Shown piece by piece: positions 51,928-63,681 of a stretch of DNA of 64,000 nucleotides; positions within the stretch are counted from its first letter, which is position 1; the number at the start of each line of letters is the position of its first letter. Made by a program: the position numbers and the translations under genes. The stretch comes from Lingula anatina. Taxonomy: Eukaryota; Animalia; Brachiopoda. The DNA lies in NCBI GenBank assembly GCA_051362555.1, contig CM120641.1:18476001-18540000 (forward strand). Reading direction: 5' to 3'. The notes under the pieces were generated by a model. The model was given only the letters and a program-made list of their open reading frames with translations. It ran no database searches and had not been told where the DNA came from.

Positions 51928-54900
51928 GTGAGTAGTAAACATGCACTAGAAAACATTCAGTTGGTGTTTGTGTCATCATCTATACTCTTAGTTTAAGACA
52001 GTACAGATGATGATTCTAGTCCTGCAGTTTCAAAGGGGTTTCTTTTTCTCAAAAAGTGGACCTTTTTAATGGACAGGCCAGGACTTGGCTACAAGAGGGA
52101 GTCTAGTCCAGAGAGAATAAGCCAATTTTATGAGTGCTGTAATTTCAGTTGATTTTAAACTGCTTTAAATTTTTAGTTTTGTACAATAATACATTTTGTT
52201 TTAAGTGATTAAGAGGTTAACAGTTTTCATTCAGACTTTGTTTTTTGTTCAAATTTGTCAAAATTGAATAAAAAAGTTCTTAACTTAAAGTGATTCAGCA
52301 GCATGCAATATAGATTTTTCACTTTTCTTTCAGGCCTTCAAACATACAGTTCTGTGTCAGCAGAACCCTACAGCTATGGCAAACCACTGGACAGCAGCGG
52401 TTGCCTGGGCGAGAAAGATCAGCATTATAAACACTTCTTGCACCAATCACTACCACACCAAGCTCTCCCACCTGGGCATCACCCTCATATTATGGCGTCA
52501 GTGGGTAGCCATCATCCTCTGCCAAATCCTCCCATTACTAGCCCACATGGTCACCTGCTTAGCCAGCTTCAGAGGCCGCCTGCTAACTTGATGCCACTAC
52601 ACATGGCTTCAATGCCTGATCACAATGGCGAGTGAATTTTGTGTTAGCTTTAGCTTTTGTGGCGATAAACAGTATCTGAACTATACTATTTAGTGAGGGG
52701 TGGGGGGGGGGGGGGGGGGGCTTATAATTTCTGTTATGAAAGGTCTGCCTTTTGGTTACTTAAAATTTGTTTGGTCTTGTATTTAAATATAACAAATATT
52801 TCAGTATGAAAATTTTCCTCATTATCATCAAATTTAGAAAAGAAAATCCCCCATGCTTATTTTTACTGAAAATTTCATATACTGTAGAAGAATTGAGATA
52901 ATTTTATTGAATTTCACACATAAATAATAAGTTCCTAGAGTCATAAATGAACAAGCAGCATCAGTAGTGAATTATCAGCTCACACTCCACAGTAATATTA
53001 ATTAAGAAAGTCAAAAGGTGTAGCATTGCAAAGAGAGTACAATTAACCTAAATATTATTATTCATATTATATTACTCCTTTTTTTTATTCAAATACATAC
53101 TAAAATCTACTTAAGATATTTTTTTCAAGTGTATTGTAAAGGTGTATATATTTCTCTTTTTGTAGGTGAAAATCACATATACCGCCAAGCACAGTTGCCC
53201 ACATATCACCATGCCATGAACTATGATATGTATTATAATCAACACAGTCCAAATAGTCAATCTCCCTCTCCACCGCCACCGCCACGGATTTATAAGCCGT
53301 GTGTTGTATGTGGAGACAAATCTTCAGGTTATCACTATGGAGTGAGCTCCTGTGAAGGTTGCAAGGTATGATGACTATGGAATTGGAGGAATTTTTTTAT
53401 TTACAGGCTCATAGAAAGAGGGGTTGGGGTATTTGTTGTTACAAGTCTGTTTTTCAGTCCTGATATAACTGTTCATTTGCCAGGTTTTGGCCATAATTAT
53501 CCAATGATTCATCTGTAATGGCAACCCTTCATGTTTCGCAAGCATGTTTTACAGTGATATTTTACACGTCATTTTACATGTAGCATTATGCTTTTCAATC
53601 TTTCAAACTTTCTAAAAACCCATGTGCTGCAGGGGTTCTTTCGAAGAAGTGTCCAGAAAAACATGCAATACACCTGCCACAAGGATCGCCACTGCGTTAT
53701 TAACAAGATCACCAGGAACCGTTGCCAGTATTGTCGTCTGCAGAAATGCTTCACCATGGGCATGTCCAAAGAAGGTATTAAATTGTTCCCCAAAAACATC
53801 ATTATATGGATCATAATTGCCCCATTGACATTTTATTTTACCTTGTTCCAGTTTCCCGCATGCCCTTCAATTAAAAAAAAATTGATTAAAATCACAATTT
53901 ATTTATCGTTTGTTGCTAAAATTCAAATGCAGTTGCTTAAGTTTGTTCATATTGCATGATAAGAACTCGCTGTTTACTTGTAAAAGTGCACCTATGCAGA
54001 GTTAATTTGATAGGAAATGGTAAGTCACATCACCAGTCAACCAGATAATGTGAGAGATGCCTGAAAGATTTTAACATCTGACTGGCAATGACAGTAATGA
54101 CCAGTCTAGTTTTGTAACCATCTATTAAAACTGCAGTCCCAAATCTTTTGTTTATGACTCTTTATTGCATTAACTTATGTGATTTAATTCATTTATTAAA
54201 TTACACCCTTAAAAACATTATTCAGTTCCTTTTAAATTACTTTTTTTACAGTTTTTCAGAATACTGCTTCCAAAGTTTTTTTTTCATATTTCTTAACTTG
54301 GCCATGGGTAATTGTTTAGATAAATGATGAAAATTAATGAACCTTGGGTAGATATTCTTGCTTAATGCTAATAATTACAGATGTGCATTAGCACTCTCAG
54401 ACTGTTGTTTTCTGACACACACTAAAATTCTAGCAAAAAAAAAGTGCACACCCTTTTATGTTATGGCCAGGTCTCTTCATATATGACTAAGAACTGCTCA
54501 GGTGTACTGTGAATGTCAATTAATGTTAATTACTTCTGTCTCATTTTATCCAGACCAGCTGTGTCTTGTTAATGCAAAAGACAAGCTTATTTGGTATCTC
54601 AGTGGTATTAATGTATGTTTTTTAAAAGTTAATTTATCTCAGAACATAAGTGTAGAAATGAAAATACTTTCCAACATTAGCCAAGAGGAATGTGAAAATC
54701 AAAAACATCTTTTAAATGGTCAGAATAATTCATTGAAATGGGTGGAAAATAGAAAACTTAAACTTCTTATTCCAGCTGTCAGAAATGACAGAAACAAGAA
54801 AAGAAAAACTAAATCTGAGGACTGCGGATCAACATCCCAAGAACAAACAAATGAGCTGAAGCCCGAGCAACAAACTCTGCTAGAGGGGATTGAGACTGCA

Positions 54901-56824
54901 CACCATGAGACTTATACTAGTGTAGAAGAGGAGGAGTATCATACTCTGGTATGTACTGGAAAAACTATGATAAGGACTCCTTTTTGGTATAACTTTAAGA
55001 TTTTTTTTTTTTAAGTTATGGACTGTATCATAATAAAGCATGGCCTTAGAATAGATGCCTAATTGATCTAAAACTTTAAAGTTCACATGAATAACTATAT
55101 TTCAAAATTTTTAGGGTGCTTGTCACCATGTTTCTTCTAATTTTTTAAGATTTATTGAAAGATATGTTTGACGAACAATCAAAAAACAAATCAATGAAAA
55201 AAAAAACCCTTTGCCTTACAGGAAGACCTCAAAGATAAAATAAATGATGAAAATTTTAATCTCTGGGAGCAAGTGACAGAACTGTCCTCAGATGGTATTG
55301 TTAAAGTGGTGGATTTTGCAAAGAAAATCCCGGGTTTTTCCTCGGTCAGCACTGGTGACCAGATAACACTGCTCAAGGCAGCATGTTTGGAGATTATTGT
55401 GAGTATCTGTGCTTTTGTTGGCTTCAAAAGATCTAAGAAATGTACCACTTCCTGGCTAGGAAGTAATTTCAAACATCCAAATCAATTTCTCAGGGATTTT
55501 AATATCCTGTTTTAGCTGTGTGCCTGCATAGTTTTAAACTCACTTAAAAGCACCTTTTAGATACAGGCAAAATGAGCATCTTAGGAATTTATTGGCCTTG
55601 TAGAAATTTCTGTTCTGTATGAGTCCTCTTGCACATAAAAATTTTTTTGATGCCACAGTGTCTCCAATAATAGTGTTTAAAGACTGGAAATCTACATGAA
55701 ACTTTAAAAAAAGATAAGATAATGGTTCTAAAAGTTTCACATATTTAAGAATCATTAACCATTTTCATATGATAACAGCATTAATTATTTATTCAATTAT
55801 GTCAAAAGAAATCATTTTCATGTGATGATAAAAAGAAGTATTTTTTCACTTATGTCAGAAGTAATCAGAAGATGGAGTATTTTGTTTTGAAAAACATTGT
55901 TGCCTATTTCTCCTTCAGATATTAAGGATGTGTTCTAAATTTGAAGTCAACCCAGAGACAATGATATTTTCCAATGGGCTGAAATTGTCCAAGGAAGAAT
56001 TCAGGGATTGCGGTTTTGGATCACTGACAGAAACTATATTCAGTTTTGCATCTTCTCTCAGAAATATGGACACAGATGATGCTGAATATGCAATGCTCGC
56101 TGCTATTTGCTTAATAAGTGGAGGTAGATAAATTTGACAGGTTTCAATTTATATTTGAAATATTTTTCTATCTTTTAAATATCTTTACTGCAGTTTCTTA
56201 CAGATGGCTCTTGCAAAGCAGTTTGTTAGAAATTGATTTATTCTGCAGAGATATCCATTTACTTTTTCAGGATTTGAAAATTTTAGTTACAAAACTTTTC
56301 AATATTTCAGATCGATCTGGACTTGAAGATCCAGAAAATATTGAAAAGCACCAGGAGCCTCTTCTAGAGGCCCTGAAAAACTATGTGCATAAGCGCAGAC
56401 CCACGCAGTCTCACACCTTTGCCAAAATGTTGATGAAACTTACAGACTTAAGGAGCATCAGTGTTAAAGGTGGGGATATTTTGAAATTTCTTTCATTTTC
56501 AGTGAAAGCATGCAGTATTTATGGAGAAGTTTTGATAATCTTCTACATTTTTTTTGTAGTAAATTGCTTTTATATTCAGAATATAGACCATGAGATATAA
56601 CTACTTAGGTATGTGTAAAATTCTATTTGAAATATAAATAAGGTTTCTTGAAAAAATGTTTCAGTCCTGCATTTTTGATGAACAAAAGAAAAAGGTTATG
56701 GCTCATTGTTTGTGTCTTTGTAGGTGCAGAACGTGTGCTACATTTACAAATGGGCCAGCCAGGGGAACTGCCTCCATTGGTTATAGAAATGTTGGACAGA
56801 GCTGAGAATGTTTGTTTACCATAA
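51858..56824 (+). CDS. RAR: Retinoic acid receptor (NR1B), complete CDS; exons 51858-51927, 52334-52627, 53166-53365, 53633-53774, 54776-54948, 55222-55398, 55919-56123, 56311-56469, 56724-56824 (1521 nt, 506 aa)
   Basis: RAR-diagnostic motifs [104 protein letters not shown] and AF-2 LPPLVIEML. All exon phases are consistent. Confidence 0.96.
52334..52627 (+). CDS. RAR: RAR A/B-region exon (His/Pro-rich)
   Basis: ttttctttcag|GC CTT CAA ACA...CAC AAT G|gcgagt; [14 protein letters not shown]...HMASMPDHN; needs a GC donor to keep frame. Confidence 0.75.
53166..53365 (+). CDS. RAR: RAR exon: proline-rich B region and first zinc finger
   Basis: tttgtag|GT GAA AAT...TGC AAG|gtatga; ENHIYRQ...[35 protein letters not shown]. 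Confidence 0.95.
53633..53774 (+). CDS. RAR: RAR exon: second zinc finger
   Basis: tgcag|GGG TTC TTT CGA...AAA GAA G|gtatta; 142 nt; [47 protein letters not shown]. Confidence 0.95.
54776..54948 (+). CDS. RAR: RAR exon: T-box/hinge/helix 1
   Basis: ttccag|CT GTC AGA AAT GAC...ACT CTG|gtatgt; [11 protein letters not shown]...[13 protein letters not shown]. Confidence 0.93.
55222..55398 (+). CDS. RAR: RAR exon: LBD helices 3-5
   Basis: ttacag|GAA GAC...ATT ATT|gtgagt; [46 protein letters not shown]. Confidence 0.95.
55919..56123 (+). CDS. RAR: RAR exon: LBD helix 5 to helix 8
   Basis: ccttcag|ATA TTA AGG ATG...GGA G|gtagat; ILRMCSKF...TMIFSNGL...[13 protein letters not shown]...AAICLISG. Confidence 0.95.
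56311..56469 (+). CDS. RAR: RAR exon: LBD helices 9-10
   Basis: tttcag|AT CGA TCT...GTT AAA G|gtgggg; [53 protein letters not shown]. Confidence 0.95.
56724..56824 (+). CDS. RAR: RAR last coding exon: helix 11/12 (AF-2) and stop
   Basis: tttgtag|GT GCA GAA CGT...CCA TAA; [33 protein letters not shown]. Confidence 0.93.
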
Positions 56825-59800
56825 CAGACGGGTAGAAAACAGAACAACTACCTCTCTATCACAATACTCAGAACTAGATGTTGTAATGCTGATGATATGA
56901 TGCAATTTAATAGTTTATTTTTTCTTTCCTTTGTAGTTCTTAAATGCATAGCCAATAGAATAGGTGCACATGTGGGAGAGAGAGAGAGAGAAAGAGATAG
57001 TCGAGTTAACTGATCACAAGTGTCAATTGATTATCAAAGCAAGGGGTTAGTACATATATGAAGTGCTACAACGATTACTTTCAATAGTTCTGTATGCCAT
57101 ATAATGAATAGTTTTGCTCAAGTAATGTCATAAATTTTAGATCCTCCATCTGTGTCACACCTCTCTGTGCCTAATGAAGAATATCCCTGCCTTGTTTTTA
57201 CAATAATATACCAAGGAACAGGCAGCGATTAAACCATTCATTGCATGATTCTATGTAGTAGTTAAGAGTATTAAAAAGAAGTTGAAAATGGTGATTATTT
57301 TATTTTCAATTTTCTTTATCCTTGTTTCTTTCTCATTGTTAAAGGTGGAGATGCATTATTTTCCAAGCACAAGTTAAACATTTATTATTATTATCATCAT
57401 TATTATTCTTAAGGGGAAACAGGGTCTCTCTCTTTAATACGCAGTATATTGGATGTTTAAGGATTTATACCTTAGGACAATAGACTGTCCTAGATGTGCT
57501 CAAGATGAGATTGTACATGTTAAAGTACCGGTGACTTAAAGTGTTTAAATGTGTACTCTCATATGTAAATTCTAGGGCTAAATGCACGAAGGTATTTTTT
57601 TTTTTCTCATAGAGAAATATAATGCACAAAGACACAGTGGCAGGGAGCTTTACACAAAGTTTGAAAAAACATAATGTATCTTTCACAGGTCCCTGGAGGC
57701 GTCCATTTTGTTGTTAAGGATTATCAAAAAATGTTTTTAAAGGTCTCTACTCAGGAAGTTGTTTATAGACTCATGTCTATTGATGCATGACATTAGGATT
57801 TATTTATCCTGATATCTGTGAATATTATTATGTAGTATAGAATATAATAATAAGAACCGGTGGAATTTGATAGTATTGTTGTACAGTACTTTTTAAGTGT
57901 AATTCTGTAGCTTATTATTATTATATTGCATAATGATAATGGTGGAAGTTGAAAATAACAGTAAACCATATCTGGATGTTGGGAATGTTGATTATCAATT
58001 AGTTCATATTAAATTTGATCCATTCTGAAGTGAAATATTTAAAGAAATAGATCTTATATTTGTAGTAATTGTTGATTGTAACTTTTATTAGACTAGTAAA
58101 TGCAGTGTAGTGTGTAGACTTTTTCCCTTATATGTGTAGGAGGCAAGGCATATATTTGACTGGGTTGGGACTCTGTATTGTTGGGGTTAAATTATTTTTT
58201 TAGCATTATACAGGTGATATGCAGAGTTCCTCTTGTATTTTATACAAAGCAGTCACATGCAATGCAGTACTACTTGTATATTGTACATAATGCATTTAAC
58301 GTCATTATTGTTGTTGTTATTATTGCTGTTGTTCCTATTGTGTGGGATTTTCATTTAGTATTTAAAACAGTACAGTCCAAGAGAGATAGAGAACAAAGTG
58401 AGAGCAATTATCCCATCTTGGATTACTCAGTTTGCACAACCTGTGCTGCCACCTATAATGCTCTTAAGAAAACAAATCCTCTCAAATGCAATCAAGTCTT
58501 ATACCGGTGACATCTAATCAGTTACTTGAAAGTCATACGGAGGCCTAAGAATGTCATCTTATATTAATGTGAGGCATTCTTGTTAGTTGCATCTTGCTGG
58601 TGATAAATAAGGCACTGCATGCTAGACAAAACAATATTAAATATTGATTTTTCCATTTTGATTTAGGACCTTGTTTGTATACTCAAAATAGTATTGTATT
58701 TAGATTTTTTTCTTTTTGCATCATAATCCTATGTAGAAGTGTGGAGCATAAGTGTTGTTAAAATGCTGTTAGTCTGATTTGATCTAGAATTCGACTTGTA
58801 AACTGATATTGATGTTATAGTTTCAGTCTAATGCCATATTTGTCGGTCTTCCGAAATAGTTTCTTTTGGGTATTATTGTGGAATAAACTATATATACATA
58901 TATATATTCAATATCTGGATATTATTCTTTCACTTTTGTAACTTATGATACCACATACTTATAGCTCACCATAATAGACCACCCCTTTGTTTTGGGAGAT
59001 GTATATAAAAGCACATTCTGAAAAGCAAAACTATTTTCTCTTTGTTGCCATGATGAGCTAGAAAAATGCCTCGCCATGACCTCAACTCGACCACTGAATT
59101 AATTTGGGCATAACAACATCTATTACATAATTAATTTTTTTTCTGATATTAGATTGCATTTTAATACAATTTTTTATAAATCTTGATGTGATAAAAGAAT
59201 TGAAATAACTGGTTGTTAAGAAACCCCGCCTTTATATAACTTAATAAAATCATTAACAATTCACTGATAACTTGACTGCACAAGGAAATGTTCATTCTGG
59301 GAGACTTCCATATACTTGAAACTGAACATTGTCCATAGGTAAACTGCACATGGACCTTCTCCAGAGCAAAAGCACTTGAACTTGAAATATTGTTTTTATT
59401 TCTGAGTATTTAAGAAAATAACTACATAGTGTACATTTGCAGAGGTATTCACAATGTCCTCTCAATTTGCCCAAAATCTGAATCAATAAATAACTTCCTG
59501 GTTGGCTAATGCTGCCAGGAACTCTGAAGAAACGTGGTCTTTGTAGATTATTAATTTCTCTTCTTTGATTACTTTCGTTCTCATATGTTGCCACAAAGCA
59601 TATTACCTTCTCTGAGTGTTAATTTATTGTTTAAAAGTTACACTATCAAGTTTGTTTAAAACAGTTTTAATGAAACAATACCTGGTAAATTAAAACATCA
59701 AGCCATGTTTTCAAACTTCAATATTATCTTCGTTTTTCACTTTTCCGTCAAGCATACCTTTTTCTGCCACAATGAATACAGCTACAATCTTTACACAGTG

Positions 59801-60361
59801 CAATATATACAAAATGGGGTTATATTTTAACATGCTTGTATGGCTGAATATCTTGGCCTTAAATTGCATTATACAGCTTAAAAGAAATCCACAAATCTAC
59901 ATTATTTGGACATTTTTGCTGGTGCAAATTGCAATATTCCCTAAAATTTTGTAATACCTTAACATGCCCTGACAATGAATTTATATTTGGCTGAAACATT
60001 AACCACCACCAATATACCGGTTCAAAACATGCTGACCAATTGAATTTTACATCAATAGGCAGGAACCCCTCGGTAAACATATTTGAGAATGAACAAATAA
60101 GTCTTCTTTTATCAATAGTCACCAGCTAGTAATCCTGCCAAAGAAGTGGCATGCTAGTTAATTCAACAAAATATGTATACACTTTGCAAAATATTACCAA
60201 TGTTGTCCACTCTTGACACATTCAAGCACAGAAAGTAACCCCTTAATCATTTGCATATTAAATATACACCATACAGAACACCAATACTTCACATTAACCC
60301 ATTGGTCAAGTCCATTCAGTCTATCCTCCCACTTATCATTACATACATATGTGTATTGTCA

Positions 60362-62740
60362 TTATGAAACTGGCGTTGTCTGCGGAACTGGGGGCGTTGA
60401 CGATGCTGTTGATGGTGGAGCCACCTCTTGGACAGGTGTTGCCTGAACATTGGGGAGAGGAGCTGTCATAGCTAGCGTTGTGCTCAGAGAAACTGGTGGA
60501 GGTGGAATAGAGATATCAGAAGGCACTGATAGGGGAGAACCTGCAAGCAGACAACAAAACCCAGTTATTCTTCTGTCACGACCATTCTTTTAACAAATCA
60601 AAATCCCCATTATACAATATTCACTCTCAAAAATGCCTTAAAAATTAAAAACTGATATACAGCATCTTTTTTATTACCTAACACTATTGTTCTTAGCACT
60701 TTTGTAAGTCATATTTGGCAAAATTCCTTAAAAGGTAAAATGCACTCATTCAATCAAAACAATGACCAAATTAACAATCTTGGCATTTCAATATGATGGA
60801 TATGAATTTGCCACTAAAATGTTTAAGAAAGAGCACAAATACCATGAAAGCAAAATTGCCTACAATACACATGATAAAAAACAGTCAGGTTAAGCAGTAA
60901 CAGTCTTACCAGTGGAGAAAGTTCCTGTAGTTGTAGAATTCAGCAATGGTACAGACAAAGGTGGCAGCCCAGCAATGGATATTGGTGTGGTTAATGGTGG
61001 TAAATTTGCTAAGTTTGGTAAACCAGGGAGGTTGGGCAGTCCTGCTGGTGCGGGAAAACCTAGCACAACAAAATTTCACATCGTCTATGAATCAATTTAA
61101 TCAGTTAGTTACCTGGGGATCTCTCATATATACTTAAATGCCTCTGTCACAGATTCATAAGCTTTAGAAATTTCCAGGGTTTTTATTCCCTTCCGCAAAT
61201 ACGCTTCCAACTGTTTGGAAGCCCCAATGCACTAATCAAATTTAATCTAGTTAACTGATCGTGTCAAGTGTGGGGACTCCATTAACTCAAACTGGTCATA
61301 TACAAAAAAAAAGCATAGATGGCTTGAAGGACTCCTGGTCAGTCTGTTTTGTTAAGGTCTATATGTAACTCACCAGCTGGCATGGAGCCTGGAGTCGTGG
61401 ACGCTGTGTATGGCATGGCATGATTTCCAGGAGATGCCACAGAGCTCTGAGGAATCACAGGAATGGTTGGAGACCCTGCAAAATAGAATGTTAAACATAA
61501 CACCTCTTTCAGGATGCACACAGTCATAAATATCATGATGTTTAAAACAACCCTTGTCAATCCTTGTATTCACTAAACTCACATCTTACACCACATACAA
61601 AAACAGAATATAAAAACAGAATGTACCAGCACAGATACCTTAGCTCAGGTGACACACATTACTCTGAGATGTTCACCCATCTATAAAACTACAGCCACAC
61701 ACTTGATACCAAAGACATTTTTATCTCCGATAAAGAGGAGAATGGGCCCAGACAAGGAGAGACAGAAATCATATGAGTGGATTGAAATACCCACCCTCAA
61801 CAATGGCCTGAGACACCAACTACCGCTGTTGGACTGTGGGATTTTACTGGACCATGCAGGGGAGTAAAAAAAATAATTCCCTAGTTTTGGTTGCCATTGT
61901 ATCAGCTGGCAAGAAAGGTTCCAAGAGCGCACACCCCTCCCACATATCAACCTACTTACCTACACATAAACCTACCTGTATTTAATGCTGGATTGATCAG
62001 GGTCTGTGGTGCAGCTGTATGGTTGATATTCAGATTGGCCATTCCTTGCAATGGGACCTAGAACCAAGTAAGTTTATGTTCATTTGAACATAAATTAACA
62101 TCTCATATTTCTGGTATAATAACAAGCATATTTCTTTTCTAAATCAGTGATCTACAAAAACAACTATACATACAACCTTGCAAGCAGAATATCAATGTTT
62201 ACAAGAAAATATCACCCCCTGCCGCCCACTAGACGCTTTGCCACAAAGGGAAATTCATAAGAACAGTTCATCACAAGAGATAAAGGTTACAACATCCATT
62301 TACAGTACTAAGATTCAACGTTTTCTTTTCCAGAAAAACTTAAAACAAACTTGAATGCATGTTACAGTGCAGACTTATTTCATATCAATCAAAACAATCA
62401 GCGAATTTGGTCGAGATATTTCTTGTATACTGCTGGAGTCATACAATTGCTCATTTCATTCAAAGGCACTGTTATCTGTGGAAAATACACTTTCTTACGC
62501 CAGTGAAAGTCATTTAGAAAAGTTAGTAAGAATGTACATCAAAGGAAAAGCAATAAAAAATAGGAATCTTAAGTTAAAAGAAGTAACAAAACTATATACA
62601 CTTGACCATTTATTGAAACAAAACAAGATATTGTACAGAAAATCTCAGAAATAGAAATAGAAATGAGCGCAAAATAAAATTACCCCAATAACCAAAGCTG
62701 ATTCACATTCAGCATTCCCTCACTATCTTCTTGTCACACA

Positions 62741-62799
<59 letters not shown>

Positions 62800-63681
62800 T
62801 TCCTTTTACACACTCACATACACTATGTCATCCCCCACCGAGCTGATTTGGTGGGCTAAGGTCTCACACATGGGCCACTTCACTAACTTTCTCCTCATTT
62901 TCAGTCACCATGCCACTTTCAGTGTGATGCGGAGAAACATCTTCCAATGGATTTTCATTTTCTTTATCCTGCAGAGAATCGCCTTTACCCAGGATCTCCT
63001 CCTTTGTCACATTAAACATGACAAGGTCCTTTTCACTGGGAGAATGCTCAGAGTGACCATGAGTGTGGTCAGGCTGACCATGGTCAGTGGTGAGATTTAC
63101 CTCAGAGAATCCATCAGGCTTGGTGGTGAGGACAGGGTTAGTCGTGGCAGCTGAAGAAGGAGGGGGTGCTTTCTTCTCTCTCTGTTTCTGTTGCTCCACT
63201 ATCTGCGCTGTGGGTATCCTATGCAGGTAGCCATAGCCTATGTCGCAGCCCAAACTGAATTGAATGGATCACAATGTGATTAATGAGTGGAAACCGGAAA
63301 GCTAATTATATCTGATGAATTTCAATGAAAAGTGTGTTCACCTGGAAATACTCTAACAAGGTAGGGCTCCAACATACCTTTAGTTCAAAGAAATGAGTGT
63401 CAAGAGAAGTAAATCAAGAATTCCAAATATTGCGCTTTGAATAGTCAAGCCAGAATTTTGACCAAGATTAATACTAAAGTAAGTTACAAAATATCTTTCT
63501 GCCAAACTTGTCAACAGGTGGCAGCACAATGAACAACATATGGTACTTACCTTCCCTCTCCTCCCCATGCTCCATTTGCAGTGATTGATACTTCCCTACA
63601 CGTATCTGATTCCAGGTTGTACACATACAGCTTCAGTGGTTTCCCCTCATGGGACTCTATTAGTGTAAACAGATCTTCAGA
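60362..63681 (-). CDS. GORASP: Golgi reassembly-stacking protein (GRASP55/65), 3' part; exons 63681-63551, 63254-63101, 62057-61976, 61475-61374, 61059-60910, 60540-60362
   Basis: [59 protein letters not shown] is the end of the GRASP PDZ2 domain. It is followed by DGFSE-VPL and a Ser/Pro-rich tail ([11 protein letters not shown]...[13 protein letters not shown]...TTPVS*). GT-AG introns with consistent phases; 5' exons lie beyond the right edge. Confidence 0.93.
62746..62798. repeat. (CA)n microsatellite
   Basis: Direct reading. Confidence 0.9.

Noticed and set aside
54502-55014. Longest ORF (170 aa) as an independent gene
   Set aside because: Only 54776-54948 is RAR exon; the flanks are intron read-through. 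The same applies to ORFs 1005-1346, 53588-53959 and 56118-56600.
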